Shown one piece after another: positions 52,488 through 62,208 of a stretch of 64,000 nucleotides of DNA. Position 1 is the stretch's first letter; each line of letters opens with the position of its first letter. The notes beneath the pieces are model-generated. The model was not told where the DNA came from and ran no database searches. It worked only from the letters and a program-made list of their open reading frames with translations. The DNA is from Myxococcales bacterium (GTDB lineage: Bacteria > Myxococcota_A > UBA9042 > JABWCM01 > BTVJ01), in assembly GCA_045863395.1 (NCBI GenBank), contig BTVJ01000025.1, positions 1-64,000 of the forward strand, in the 5' to 3' direction. The position numbers and the translations under genes were made by a program.

Positions 52488-54383
52488 CTACTTCAGGATA
52501 TTGACCTGGCCCGTGTCCTTCGGCTGGGAGGAGACGGTGGTCCCCGTGTCCTCCTTCGGGGGGCGCACGGGCTTCTTCTTTCCCACGACCTGCGGCGGAT
52601 CCTTGGCCTCCGTCGTTCCAGGGGTGTCCGCAGACTCGCCCGAGGGGCCCTCTGCCTGCTCGCCTGTGGGGTCCTTCGTGGCGTCCAGCTTGGGCGCGTC
52701 GGCGACGGGAGGCGGCGCCGGGAGCTGCGCCGTGTAGGTGCCATCGGCGCGGAAGGGGACGTCCAGGGTCACGACCTGTCCCTCGTCGAAGCGGAAGGCG
52801 TAGCTGAGGTGGGCCTCGTCGCGCAGGCGCTCCACGATCAGCGGGGCCTTGCCAAGACTGTCGTCGCCCTGGAGCACCTCTGCGCCGGGCGGGACACTCG
52901 AGAGGCGCACCTTCACCGTGTCGAGGGGCAGCTCGCCGAGCTGCTGCGTGGGCAGGAGGCCAGGCCCGATGGACAGGCGGTACGCCGGAGGCAGCGTGTC
53001 CACGGAGAGCTTGAAGGCGACGGCACCGCCCGCCAGCACCACCAGGGTGGTTGCGCCCGCGAGGGCCCAGCCCAGCCACCGGGGGCGCGGCGCAGCCGGC
53101 ACGTCCAGCGCGGTCGGAGCGGTGGTAGCGGTGGTCGCCGGGCCACCGTGGGCCATCGTGGCCGCCCGGTGGGCCGCGGTGATGACCGTCGAGGTCTTGC
53201 GGTCCTCCAGGACGGCCTTCTGAGCCGCCTCGTCGCGCAGGACCAGCTTGTCGTAGGCTGGCGGCAGGGCCTCGCGCAGCCGGTGGCACTCGGCGGCCAG
53301 GTCGTCGCCTGTCGCCGGGCGGAGCGCCGGGTCTTTGGAGAGCAGCCGCATGACGAGCTGCTCCACCTCGGCGGGGACGTCGATGTCTGGCCGCACCTCC
53401 CCCGGCGTCTTCGGGGGCGTGTGGACGTGGTGGTACAGCAGGGCCATGGGCTCGCCGGTGAACGGCGCGACGCCTACCAGGGCTTCGTAGGCCATGACGC
53501 CCAGCGCGTAGAGGTCGCTGCGCCCGTCCAGGGGGCGCGTCATGCCCTGCTCGGGCGACATGTACTTGGGCGTCCCCAGGATCATGGCGGTCTGGGTGAG
53601 GCTCTCGCGCGTGCCGGACTCGTCGTCGATCATCTTGGCGACGCCGAAGTCGAGCACCTTCACGAAGTCCGGGTCGTCGTCCACGGTGCAGAGGAAGATG
53701 TTGTCCGGCTTGAGGTCACGGTGGACGATGCCCTTCCCGTGCGCCTCGTGGAGGCTCCTCGCCGCCTGCTCGATGATGCGGAGCACCCGCCGGACGCCCA
53801 TGGGGCCGCCCTCCCGCAGCGCGCGCTGCAGCGGGCGGCCGATGAGCAGCTCCATGACGATGTAGAAGGTGCCCTCGTCGAGCTGGCCGAAGTCGATGAT
53901 GCGGATGGTGTTCGGGTGGGCCAGCTTGCTGACCGCGAGCGCCTCGTTCTGGAAGCGCCGGACGAACTTCTCGTCCTTGACGAGCTGGCGGAGCAGTGTC
54001 TTGATGGCCACCGGGCGCTTGATGCTGATCTGCTCGCCCTTGTAGACGGTGCCCATGCCGCCTTCGCCGATCTTGCCGGTGATGCGGAAGCGACCCTGGA
54101 TCTCCATGCCGAGCATGGGGTCGTGCTTGACCCGCGCGCGCTCGGAGGCCTCCTTCATGCGGAGGATCTTCTGCTCCAGGGCGGCTGCCTCTCCGGCCGC
54201 GGTCACGTCCAGATCGGCCTCTACGGCGGTGGTGCGGCCTGGGTCGGCCCCCGGCCTCGTCCCCTCGTGGGTCGGGTAAGCGGGACGCCCCCCGTCGGTG
54301 GGCTGGGCGACGGTGGCGCCGATCGCCACTTCTTCAGCGGTGGCCAGCGTCTCGTCCGACTCCTTGCCTCTAGGATCGTGCAT
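52488..54383 (-). CDS. Membrane Ser/Thr protein kinase with periplasmic PEGA-like domain
   Basis: IGEGGMGTVY, VAIK, HRDLKPDN, KVLDFG and GTPKYMSPE; TM; SVPPGAEV..LGKAP. Confidence 0.92.
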   Translation of the reverse strand: MHDPRGKESDETLATAEEVAIGATVAQPTDGGRPAYPTHEGTRPGADPGRTTAVEADLDVTAAGEAAALEQKILRMKEASERARVKHDPMLGMEIQGRFRITGKIGEGGMGTVYKGEQISIKRPVAIKTLLRQLVKDEKFVRRFQNEALAVSKLAHPNTIRIIDFGQLDEGTFYIVMELLIGRPLQRALREGGPMGVRRVLRIIEQAARSLHEAHGKGIVHRDLKPDNIFLCTVDDDPDFVKVLDFGVAKMIDDESGTRESLTQTAMILGTPKYMSPEQGMTRPLDGRSDLYALGVMAYEALVGVAPFTGEPMALLYHHVHTPPKTPGEVRPDIDVPAEVEQLVMRLLSKDPALRPATGDDLAAECHRLREALPPAYDKLVLRDEAAQKAVLEDRKTSTVITAAHRAATMAHGGPATTATTAPTALDVPAAPRPRWLGWALAGATTLVVLAGGAVAFKLSVDTLPPAYRLSIGPGLLPTQQLGELPLDTVKVRLSSVPPGAEVLQGDDSLGKAPLIVERLRDEAHLSYAFRFDEGQVVTLDVPFRADGTYTAQLPAPPPVADAPKLDATKDPTGEQAEGPSGESADTPGTTEAKDPPQVVGKKKPVRPPKEDTGTTVSSQPKDTGQVNILK

Positions 54384-54498
54384 GGTCTCACGCTACCTGG
54401 ACGCCGGGGGGATTGCCAGCGCGTCAGGTATGACGCGCCTGGGCCATGCGGGGATCTGTGCGCAGCGTTGTTCGCGCGCGGTGCCTCACGGAGGGCGG

Positions 54499-55722
54499 CT
54501 AGGGAGCGCCCTCCGGCGCCGGGGCGGCGCCCTCCGGCGCCGGGGCGGCGCCCTCCGGCGCCGGGGCGGCCCCCTCCGGCGCGGGGGCGGCCCCCTCCGG
54601 CGCGGGGGCCTTCTCTGGCGCCTGGGCCGGCTTGGCTCCCTCACCGCCCTTCGCCTGCTTCTCCTTCTCCCGGTGCACCAGATAGAGGTTGTCGATGACG
54701 GTCTCCAGCGGGAGGAACATCTTGCAGGTGTAGGCCCACTCCTCACCCTCTGCACGCACGGCGTCCGCCGCGTGTGGGGTCTTCCAGCCCGAGGCCATGG
54801 TCCGGGAGGCCTCGTTGGCAAAGTAGTTCATGTAGGCGTCCTCCAGCTTCGCGCCGAAGGGGGAGGCCTCCGCGATGGCGTTGACGGTCTGCCCGAGCTG
54901 CACGGCCAGAGGCATGCAGGCGCGCCCCTTGGCGACCTCCTCGAAGCCCGCGGCCGCCTCGTCCCACTCGCCCTCCTCGGTCTTGGGCGGTACCACGAAC
55001 TCGGACGCGAACAGGAGCCTGGCTGAGCCCTCCTCCCAGTTGCCCTTGGCCGCCAGATCGGGCTTGATCTTCTCGTGGAACGCCGCGTAGGCCTTCTTGA
55101 GGAACGAGCGCTTGCGGAGCTCGGTGATCCGGGTGAGCAGGGGGCGCTTCTCCTTCTTGTCCACGTAGAGCTTTCGCACCGAGTTGGCTACCTCGATGGC
55201 ATCATCGAAGCGCTCCTCCTCCACCGCCTTGTCGAAGGCCGCGACCCGTGCCTCCATGAGCTTCTTGTTGGCGCGGATGTTGCGCTTGCCCAGCTCCTCC
55301 TCCAGCGCTGCGGCCTTCTCCAGGGCGGCCGTCTTGATGGCGACATCGCCCCCCTTGTCAGCCTGGGCCATGTAGGCGGTGTAGAGGCGGTCCTTGATCA
55401 GCCCCTCCGTCGCCTTGCCCTCCGGCTTGCCGAGCGCCTCCTCGAACAGGGGGATCGCCTTGTCCCACTCCTCCGCCTCCTGCCAGGCCGTCGCCAGGTA
55501 GAACAGCGCATCGTAGTTGGACGGGTCGCTCTTGTGGATCTCCTCCAGCCGGGCGGCTGCCGCCTTGGGATCGGAGTCGATGAGGGCGATGGCCTCGTCG
55601 AGCGGCGGCTCCTTCTTGCATGCGGGGAGCGCAGCGGCGACCAGCAGCAAGAGCAGGGCGCGCCGGCTCCACCCGCTTGCGCGGGTCGTGGTCGAAGGGA
55701 GAAGTCCGAGCGAACCAACCAT
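54499..55722 (-). CDS. TPR lipoprotein with C-terminal (APAPEGA)5 tail
   Basis: GGAGG upstream of ATG 55722; lipobox ALPAC; TPR helices. Confidence 0.8.
   Translation of the reverse strand: MVGSLGLLPSTTTRASGWSRRALLLLLVAAALPACKKEPPLDEAIALIDSDPKAAAARLEEIHKSDPSNYDALFYLATAWQEAEEWDKAIPLFEEALGKPEGKATEGLIKDRLYTAYMAQADKGGDVAIKTAALEKAAALEEELGKRNIRANKKLMEARVAAFDKAVEEERFDDAIEVANSVRKLYVDKKEKRPLLTRITELRKRSFLKKAYAAFHEKIKPDLAAKGNWEEGSARLLFASEFVVPPKTEEGEWDEAAAGFEEVAKGRACMPLAVQLGQTVNAIAEASPFGAKLEDAYMNYFANEASRTMASGWKTPHAADAVRAEGEEWAYTCKMFLPLETVIDNLYLVHREKEKQAKGGEGAKPAQAPEKAPAPEGAAPAPEGAAPAPEGAAPAPEGAAPAPEGAP
54506..54610 (-). repeat. Five tandem 21-bp units encoding APAPEGA
   Basis: gcgccctccggcgccggggcg x3 followed by gccccctccggcgcgggggc(g/c) x2. 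Confidence 0.9.
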
Positions 55723-55853
55723 GGCACCATCCTCCGGGGTGTGCGGGAGCCTCGATGACCCACCGAAGGTAACCGGTCCGACGCCGAGCCGCAACAACGG
55801 AGCACGGGGCATTTCTTGATTGGCCCCGGGGGGTTCTCTATCCTCTGGCCCTG

Positions 55854-57113
55854 ATGAGCCTGCCACGCCTCAGCCTCGCCGTCACACTGCTGGTCGCCTG
55901 CGCCAACGAGGAGGCGGCGCCCACCTGCGTCCACCAGAGCTGCCCCGAGGGGATGTTCTGCGACGCAGACCAGGGGGTCTGCCTCGAGGAGCCCATCCCG
56001 GCGGCCGCAGTGGGAGAGATTGGCAGCCGCAACGCGCTCCTCGTCGACCAGGAAGGCGCTCTGCTCGTCGCCACCTACGACCGCACCCACGGTGCGCTGG
56101 CCGTGGGGCGGGGCACCGGCCGCCAGGAGATGGACTTCGTCTTCGTCGACGGGGCGGACGACGCGCAGGAGCCCAGGGACGTGGGGCGGCACTGCGCCGC
56201 CACGCTGGACGCTGCAGGCCGCCTGCACGTGATCTATTACGACGCGACGATGGGTGACGCTCGCCATGCGATACTCCAAGGTCTGCGGCTGCTGTCCGTC
56301 GAGACGCTCGATAGTGAGGGGGACGTGGGCCAGTACGCATCGATCACGGCCGCGGGGAACACACTGCACGCGGCCTGGCGCGACGAGACTCGCGGGGACC
56401 TCCGGTATGCTCGGCGCGCGGGGGAGACATGGGAGGTCGTGACCGTACCGCCCCCGTCCGACACACCCTGCGTGGACGCTGCGTGTGCCCCCGCGGCACC
56501 GGACGTGGGTCGCTTTGCGTCCGTGGGGGTCGCCGGGGGGGCGCCCGTGATCGCCCACTACGACGCGGCGCGCGGGGACCTGCTCCTCTCGCGGCTCGAT
56601 CCGGGTGCGTGGTCCACCTCCCGCATCGACGGCATCGACCCGTCGAGCGGCGCCAACGTCGCGGACGTCGGGAGGTTCGCCTCCCTCGCAGTGGCCCCGG
56701 GGGGGACCGTGGCGGTCGCCTACTACGACGCCACCAACCGCGCCCTCCGCTACGCCTACAGCGAGAGCGGCGCCCTCAAGGTGCTCATCGTGGACGACGG
56801 GGTCCACGAGGACCCGGACACCGGCGTGGTGCGACGGAACGTCGTGGGGCAACACGCGAGGCTGGTCGTGTCACCGGCGGGGGTGCCCTCCATCTGGTAC
56901 CTGGACGCCACCGACATGGTCATCAGGCGCGCGGTGCGCGGCGAGGGGGGCGGGTGGTCGAGCGCCGTGGCCGCAGGGGAGGCCCAGGGTGGCCCCTGGA
57001 TTGCCGCAGCCACCCTGCCGGACGGTCGCGCGGCCGTTGCCTGGGAGGTCCTGGGGCTGGGCACCGACACCCCCGGGGTCGTCCGTGATCTGGCCCTGTG
57101 GGTGGAGCCATGA
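55854..57113 (+). CDS. Lipoprotein with short Cys knot and beta-propeller-like repeats
   Basis: Lipobox LLVAC; CxxxSCPEGMFC; repeated DVG(R/Q)xASxxxxxG...YYDAT..LRYA blades. Confidence 0.8.
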   Translation: MSLPRLSLAVTLLVACANEEAAPTCVHQSCPEGMFCDADQGVCLEEPIPAAAVGEIGSRNALLVDQEGALLVATYDRTHGALAVGRGTGRQEMDFVFVDGADDAQEPRDVGRHCAATLDAAGRLHVIYYDATMGDARHAILQGLRLLSVETLDSEGDVGQYASITAAGNTLHAAWRDETRGDLRYARRAGETWEVVTVPPPSDTPCVDAACAPAAPDVGRFASVGVAGGAPVIAHYDAARGDLLLSRLDPGAWSTSRIDGIDPSSGANVADVGRFASLAVAPGGTVAVAYYDATNRALRYAYSESGALKVLIVDDGVHEDPDTGVVRRNVVGQHARLVVSPAGVPSIWYLDATDMVIRRAVRGEGGGWSSAVAAGEAQGGPWIAAATLPDGRAAVAWEVLGLGTDTPGVVRDLALWVEP

Positions 57114-59086
57114 CGCCGGCGCGGCGCCACGTAGCGCCAATGAGGGCCGTGAGCACGCCGGCTCCCAGGCCCATGGGACCCGCCGCCGCCTGGTGTCTGG
57201 CGGTGGTCGCTGCGTGCGCGTCGGGCTCCGACCTGCCCCCGGAGCAGTCGCTCCCCGTCGCGGTACAGCAAGCGGCCACGATCACCGCGACCCCCACGTT
57301 CCTCCAGGCCGCTGCGGACCGCGCAGTCGCCCGCCTTGCAGAGCTGAGGCCCGAGGGCTACCCCATCCTGCTCCCCCACACCTCCCACTACGACCCGGAT
57401 GGAGAGGTCGCCATCGGCTTCGGGCCGGCAGAGGGACACGCGGTGGTCCTGGCTGCGGGGATGTCGCCCGGCGAGGTGGACTCCCTCGCGGTCGACCTGC
57501 TGCTCGACGACGTGGCCCTGGACGTGGCCGCCCACGACTCGGCGGGCCTCGGCTCGTGCATGGTCGCAGTGGCGCTGCGAGACGTCGTCATGCGCTTCGA
57601 TCTGCGCATCGCCCGCAACAAGCTGGGCAAGACCGAGGCCGTGGCTCACCTCCCCGCGACCCTGGATGCCACACCATGGATCGGCCCCCTCGACGGCTGC
57701 GAGGCCATCGGCCTCGGCGGGCTCGCGCCGCTCGTTGCGTCGCGCGCGCTGGACGCTGCCCGGGAGCAGCTCACGACCAGCTTCGTGGCGACCATCGCGC
57801 CCACGCTCCGCGAGGTGCTGCCGTTCAGGCTGCCGCCGGGGCGCCGTGTGACCCAGCAGTCTCCTGGCGGAGACCCAGGGTCCATGTCCGAGCGGCTCAC
57901 GCCGTCGGCGAGCGCCGACGGAAGCTCCGTGCTGGTCGTTCAGGGGGCGCTGGTCTCCATGGGCGCGGACCTTGCGCTGTCCAGCGCCCGGAACACCTGC
58001 GTACCCGATCTGCCCATCGACTCGGCCCCGGCCACGGAGCCTCCTGGGGTGCCCCCCACGGTCCCCGGGACCGGGGCGCCCTACGACGTCGCGCTGAGCC
58101 TGTCCGTGTCGGCTCTCAAGCAGGCCGTCGCCCACGCCTGGCGGGCGGGCCTCTTCTGCGAGAGCGTCGGATCGACGCAGGCAGAGGGGCTGACGGCCGC
58201 AACGTTCGCCCCGTGGCTCCCCGACATCGAAGCCCTGGCCAACAGCAACCCCGTGTGGCTCCGCTTCTGGCCGGCCGCGTCGCCGACGGTCACCTTCAAC
58301 GACGAGGGGGCCGGCCCCGGCGGTCTCTCGGTGCACCTCTTCTTCCCCCAGATCCAGGTGGAGCTCTACGCCGACGTGGAAGAGACGCGCCTCCTGCTGT
58401 ATCGCCTGACGGGCGCAGTGAGCCTTGGGACCCACCCGGTCCTCGGCGCTCCGACGAGCCTCGGTGCCCCCCTGGAGCTGCTGGTCGACACGGTCGCCAC
58501 GGACGGGGTCGTCGTGACGAGCCCCCTGGTCGATGGCCCGGTCGCGGCTGAGCAGGAGCTGGCCGCCCAGCTCTGGGAGACGGCCATCGGCGCGCTGCTC
58601 GGCAAGACGGAGTGGCTCGCCCTGCCGGTGACGACGTGGGAGCCCGAGCTGCTGTCCGCGGTGAGCGTAGGGGGCACCCACGCGACCCTGTTCCTCCGTC
58701 TCGGCAAGCCCGGAGGCGCTCCCGTGGGCGTTGCGCCGGGGCTCCTGCGGGGCCTGTCCACCATCCCTGGCGAGGCGCCCCCATGGGCTGGCCCCATCGA
58801 GCTGCCCCCCATGGGACCGGGCAGCGCGTGGCGGGCAGACGGCCGCCTCTGGCGCTCTCTTGCAGGCGGAGCGATGCTGCCCCCGAGCGCGAGAGCCGGG
58901 CTCCACGTCGTCGAGATCCGCGCCCCCGGGGCTGCGGCGGTCCCGTACTACTGGCTGAACCAGCCCGCCCCCCCGGAGGCCGCATCGGGCGGCTGCACGA
59001 CGGCCCCTGCTGCGCCGGGGGCCCTGTGGCTCGGTCTGTTCGGCGTGCTCTGGGCGCGGCGCGGGCGGAGAGGTCCGCGGCCGTGA
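57110..59086 (+). CDS. MYXO-CTERM surface protein, possibly BPI/LBP (TULIP) fold
   Basis: ATGA coupling; possible lipobox VVAAC; C-terminus SGGC, TM, RRGRR. The fold is inferred. Confidence 0.7.
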   Translation: MTPARRHVAPMRAVSTPAPRPMGPAAAWCLAVVAACASGSDLPPEQSLPVAVQQAATITATPTFLQAAADRAVARLAELRPEGYPILLPHTSHYDPDGEVAIGFGPAEGHAVVLAAGMSPGEVDSLAVDLLLDDVALDVAAHDSAGLGSCMVAVALRDVVMRFDLRIARNKLGKTEAVAHLPATLDATPWIGPLDGCEAIGLGGLAPLVASRALDAAREQLTTSFVATIAPTLREVLPFRLPPGRRVTQQSPGGDPGSMSERLTPSASADGSSVLVVQGALVSMGADLALSSARNTCVPDLPIDSAPATEPPGVPPTVPGTGAPYDVALSLSVSALKQAVAHAWRAGLFCESVGSTQAEGLTAATFAPWLPDIEALANSNPVWLRFWPAASPTVTFNDEGAGPGGLSVHLFFPQIQVELYADVEETRLLLYRLTGAVSLGTHPVLGAPTSLGAPLELLVDTVATDGVVVTSPLVDGPVAAEQELAAQLWETAIGALLGKTEWLALPVTTWEPELLSAVSVGGTHATLFLRLGKPGGAPVGVAPGLLRGLSTIPGEAPPWAGPIELPPMGPGSAWRADGRLWRSLAGGAMLPPSARAGLHVVEIRAPGAAAVPYYWLNQPAPPEAASGGCTTAPAAPGALWLGLFGVLWARRGRRGPRP

Positions 59087-59147
59087 GGGCTCGCGGTTGC
59101 TCCCGCCGACCCCCGAACGTATGATGCCCGCCCTTGGAGGAGATCCC

Positions 59148-59852
59148 ATGCTTCGCTTCGCTCCCGCCCTGCTCCTGTCGCTGCTCCTGGCCTGGCCCGC
59201 AAGCGCCAGGCCCAAGAGCGGCAAGACCTTCACCTACATCGGCCAGCTCCAGGACGAGGCGCACAACCCCATCGGCGGCGTGTACCCCTTGCAGTTCGCG
59301 CTGTACGCCTCGCCGTCCAGCTCCAAGGCCCTGTGGACCGAGACTGCGTGGGTCGCCGTGGACAAGGGCCGCTACGTCATCGACCTCGGCAGCTCGTCGC
59401 CGTTGCCCGCGAAGCTCCGCGTCGAGGACCTGACCATCGGCGTCGGGCTCCGCGGCGGCCTGGAGCTGGTGCGCGAGCCGGTGGCAGCCGCCATGGGGTT
59501 GCCCGTCGAGCCCGTCGCCGTCCCAGCGCCCGAGGGCCGTCAGACGGTCCCCGAGCCCTCGCCGCGCGCCAAGAACGTGGTCGAGTACGCCGACAAGGCC
59601 GGCTACGCGTTCGAAGCGGAGCACGCCGCCACCGCCGACAAGATCGAGAACATGACCCTCGAGGAGCTGAAGAGGGCCCTGGCGACGAAGCCGAGCCTCG
59701 GGAAGGCGAAGAAGTACACGGGACAAGCCGGGGGCGAGGGGGGGTTCGAGTACACCGAGATGTGCCCGGAGGGCTACGTGGTCGTCGGCATGACCGGCGC
59801 CGCGGGCAAGTTCCTCGACAGCCTCCGGTTGGTGTGCGCCCCCCTGGAGTGA
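59148..59852 (+). CDS. Secreted fibre-like protein with C-terminal jacalin-like blade
   Basis: GGAGG RBS; signal peptide ending PASA; YIGQLQD...PI.G...QFALY head domain; YA..A..A stalk; GGEGG...CPEGYVVVGMTGAAGKFLDSLRLVC. Confidence 0.7.
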   Translation: MLRFAPALLLSLLLAWPASARPKSGKTFTYIGQLQDEAHNPIGGVYPLQFALYASPSSSKALWTETAWVAVDKGRYVIDLGSSSPLPAKLRVEDLTIGVGLRGGLELVREPVAAAMGLPVEPVAVPAPEGRQTVPEPSPRAKNVVEYADKAGYAFEAEHAATADKIENMTLEELKRALATKPSLGKAKKYTGQAGGEGGFEYTEMCPEGYVVVGMTGAAGKFLDSLRLVCAPLE

Positions 59853-59887
59853 CCCCCCACCTGGCCCTCCACCCGCCGACCTCCGGG

Positions 59888-60853
59888 CTACCGCTCGGCG
59901 ATGCGCTTGAGGGCGCCCGCCAGGCCTTCGTGGATGGCCTTGACCTGCGCCGGCGACCAGTCCGCCTTGTCCGTGCGCAGGAACGACGTCTTGTCCACCC
60001 GGTTGTCGAAGCGGCCGATGGGCACGTGCCACACCTTGTCGCGCGCCTCCACCCTCACGGTGTCCGGCTGCCCCGAGGCCTGGATCAGGTGATCGATGTC
60101 GTCGCAGCCGTACTCGCCGAGCATGACCGACATGGGGACGCCGTGGTGGAGGATGGACCCCGGGTCGTTCGGGTCCGTGCGCTCCGTGTTCTTGCGCCGG
60201 GACTCCTCGGGGGTCACCCACACGTACAGGATGGACGCCTTGTCCAAGATGGCGTCCGACAGGGCGGACAGCATGTACTGGTAGCCGTTGTAGCCGGTGA
60301 GCGGCATTGTCGACCCGTCCGCGCCGCCGCGGGCCGCCTCGATGACGACGGTGTGCCCCGTCAGGCTGGGGACGTAGGCGGCCTGCTTCTCGTCGAGCTG
60401 AGCGCGGCACTCTGCTTCGAGGGCGTCCGCCACGCGGCCGAGGACGTCCGCGGGCACGGAGTCGAGGAGCGCATCGCCACCGGCCGTGACCGTCGCTCGG
60501 TCCAGGCGCGCGAAGAGGTGGTGGGCCGCCGAGACCGGCGCCACGGTGCGCTGGTGGACCAGGTCGTCGTAGTCCTCGTTGAGCAGGGCGGTCAACGTTC
60601 CCCAGAAGACCGGCGCACGGAAGGGCTGGTCCGGCCCCCCGTAGAACACGTAGCTCCCGCCCGCCTTCTTCAGCTCGTCGTCGATGCGGTGCATCAGGTG
60701 GACGTACGGATAGTCGTCGAGCTGGACCGTCGGGCCCAAGTGCAGCTCTTCCCGACAGGTCGTCGGGTCGAGGGAGGCCAGGTACTTGCGGACCTCGGAC
60801 TTGCCGGAGGCCGGCAGAGCCAGCAGCAGGAGGGTGTCGATGATCTTCGCCAT
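59888..60853 (-). CDS. Uncharacterised P-loop (NMP-kinase-like) protein
   Basis: Start MAKIIDT (GAGGA RBS); LLLLALPASGKS Walker A; VVIEAARG; ILYVWV..EESRRKN. Confidence 0.75.
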   Translation of the reverse strand: MAKIIDTLLLLALPASGKSEVRKYLASLDPTTCREELHLGPTVQLDDYPYVHLMHRIDDELKKAGGSYVFYGGPDQPFRAPVFWGTLTALLNEDYDDLVHQRTVAPVSAAHHLFARLDRATVTAGGDALLDSVPADVLGRVADALEAECRAQLDEKQAAYVPSLTGHTVVIEAARGGADGSTMPLTGYNGYQYMLSALSDAILDKASILYVWVTPEESRRKNTERTDPNDPGSILHHGVPMSVMLGEYGCDDIDHLIQASGQPDTVRVEARDKVWHVPIGRFDNRVDKTSFLRTDKADWSPAQVKAIHEGLAGALKRIAER

Positions 60854-61059
60854 GGGGTCCTCTCTTGTTGCGTCGGTGAGCGCCGAAGTGCGACGGAGCA
60901 TAGCCGGCGGCGCGCACGCCTGGCAACCAGGTTCGGCGCGAAGGACCCGAGGGACGGTCGATTCGTGGCGCCGCATGGAGGGGACCGCTGCGAGACCCCC
61001 CAGGGGCGGGCCCGCACGTGTCGACGCCCGAGTGAACCGGCCGCGCGGGACGGCGCCGG

Positions 61060-62208
61060 CTACCGCGGGGACGGCACCAGCGCGGCGCGGGCAGCCAGCA
61101 CGGTGCGCTCGGCCGTGTCGGCGTCGGAGCCGAACGCGACGAGGTGCCCCATCTTGCGACCGCGGTGCGGGCGCGCCTTGCCGTAGAGGTGGAGCTTGAT
61201 CTCCGGGTGGCGGCAGGCGGCCGCCCAGTCGGGGGTGCCCGTGTCCCAGAGCTCGCCGAGCAGGTTCGCCATGGCGGCGGGGCGCAGGAGCTCCATGGAG
61301 CCGAGGGGGAGGCCGCAGATCGCCCGGAGCTGCTGCTCGAACTGGCTCGACACGCAGGCGTCGAAGGTCAGGTGGCCCGAGTTGTGGGGGCGGGGGGCCA
61401 GCTCGTTGACCAGCAGCTCCCCGCCCCGGGTCAGGAACAGCTCGATGCACAGCACGCCCACGACATCGAGGGTCTCCAGCACGCCGCGCGCGATCTGGAG
61501 CGCCCGGCGCCGCACCGAATCGGGCACTCGCGCCGGCGCCACCGACACGTCCAGGATGTGGCGCTGGTGGTGGTTCTCGATGAGGCCGTAGTCCGCGTAG
61601 CTGCCATCGAGGCTGCGGGCCGCGACGACGCTGAGCTCCAGCTCGAAGTCGACCAGCGCCTCGAGCACCATCTGCTGCTCGCCGTGCGCCTGCCAGGCGC
61701 CGAGCACGGCCTCCTTGGACGACACCCGCGCCTGGCCCTTGCCGTCATAGCCCCACGCGGCCGTCTTGAGCACGGCGGGGAAGCCGACCGCCGCGCACGC
61801 CGGGTCGACGTCCTCCTCGGTGGCGATCACCGCCCACCGCGTGACGGGGAACCCGTTGTCTGCCAGGAAGCGCTTCTCCCGCGCGCGGTTCTGCGTCGTG
61901 TTCAGCACGACCCCCGCCGGGCGGACGGGGGCGTGGCGCGCGCACTCCTCCGCGGTGGCGGCGGGCACGTTCTCGAACTCGAAGGTCACCACCTGCACCT
62001 TCCTGGCGAACTCGGCGACGGCGTCCAGGTCGTCGTAGGCCGCGCGCACCTCCACGTCGGAGACCTGGCCCGTGGGCGTGTCCAGGTCCGGTGACAGGGT
62101 GTGGACGCGGTAGCCCATGCGGCGGGCCGCGATGGCGAACATGCGGCCGAGCTGCCCGCCGCCGAGCACGCCGATGGCGCCCCCCGGCTCGATAATCGGG
62201 GTGCTCAT
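61060..62208 (-). CDS. purK: N5-carboxyaminoimidazole ribonucleotide synthase
   Basis: [38 protein letters not shown] and HLYGK..RGRKMGH. Confidence 0.96.
   Translation of the reverse strand: MSTPIIEPGGAIGVLGGGQLGRMFAIAARRMGYRVHTLSPDLDTPTGQVSDVEVRAAYDDLDAVAEFARKVQVVTFEFENVPAATAEECARHAPVRPAGVVLNTTQNRAREKRFLADNGFPVTRWAVIATEEDVDPACAAVGFPAVLKTAAWGYDGKGQARVSSKEAVLGAWQAHGEQQMVLEALVDFELELSVVAARSLDGSYADYGLIENHHQRHILDVSVAPARVPDSVRRRALQIARGVLETLDVVGVLCIELFLTRGGELLVNELAPRPHNSGHLTFDACVSSQFEQQLRAICGLPLGSMELLRPAAMANLLGELWDTGTPDWAAACRHPEIKLHLYGKARPHRGRKMGHLVAFGSDADTAERTVLAARAALVPSPR

Noticed and set aside
54506..54610. CRISPR array
   Set aside because: Contiguous in-frame 21-bp units with no spacers and no cas genes.
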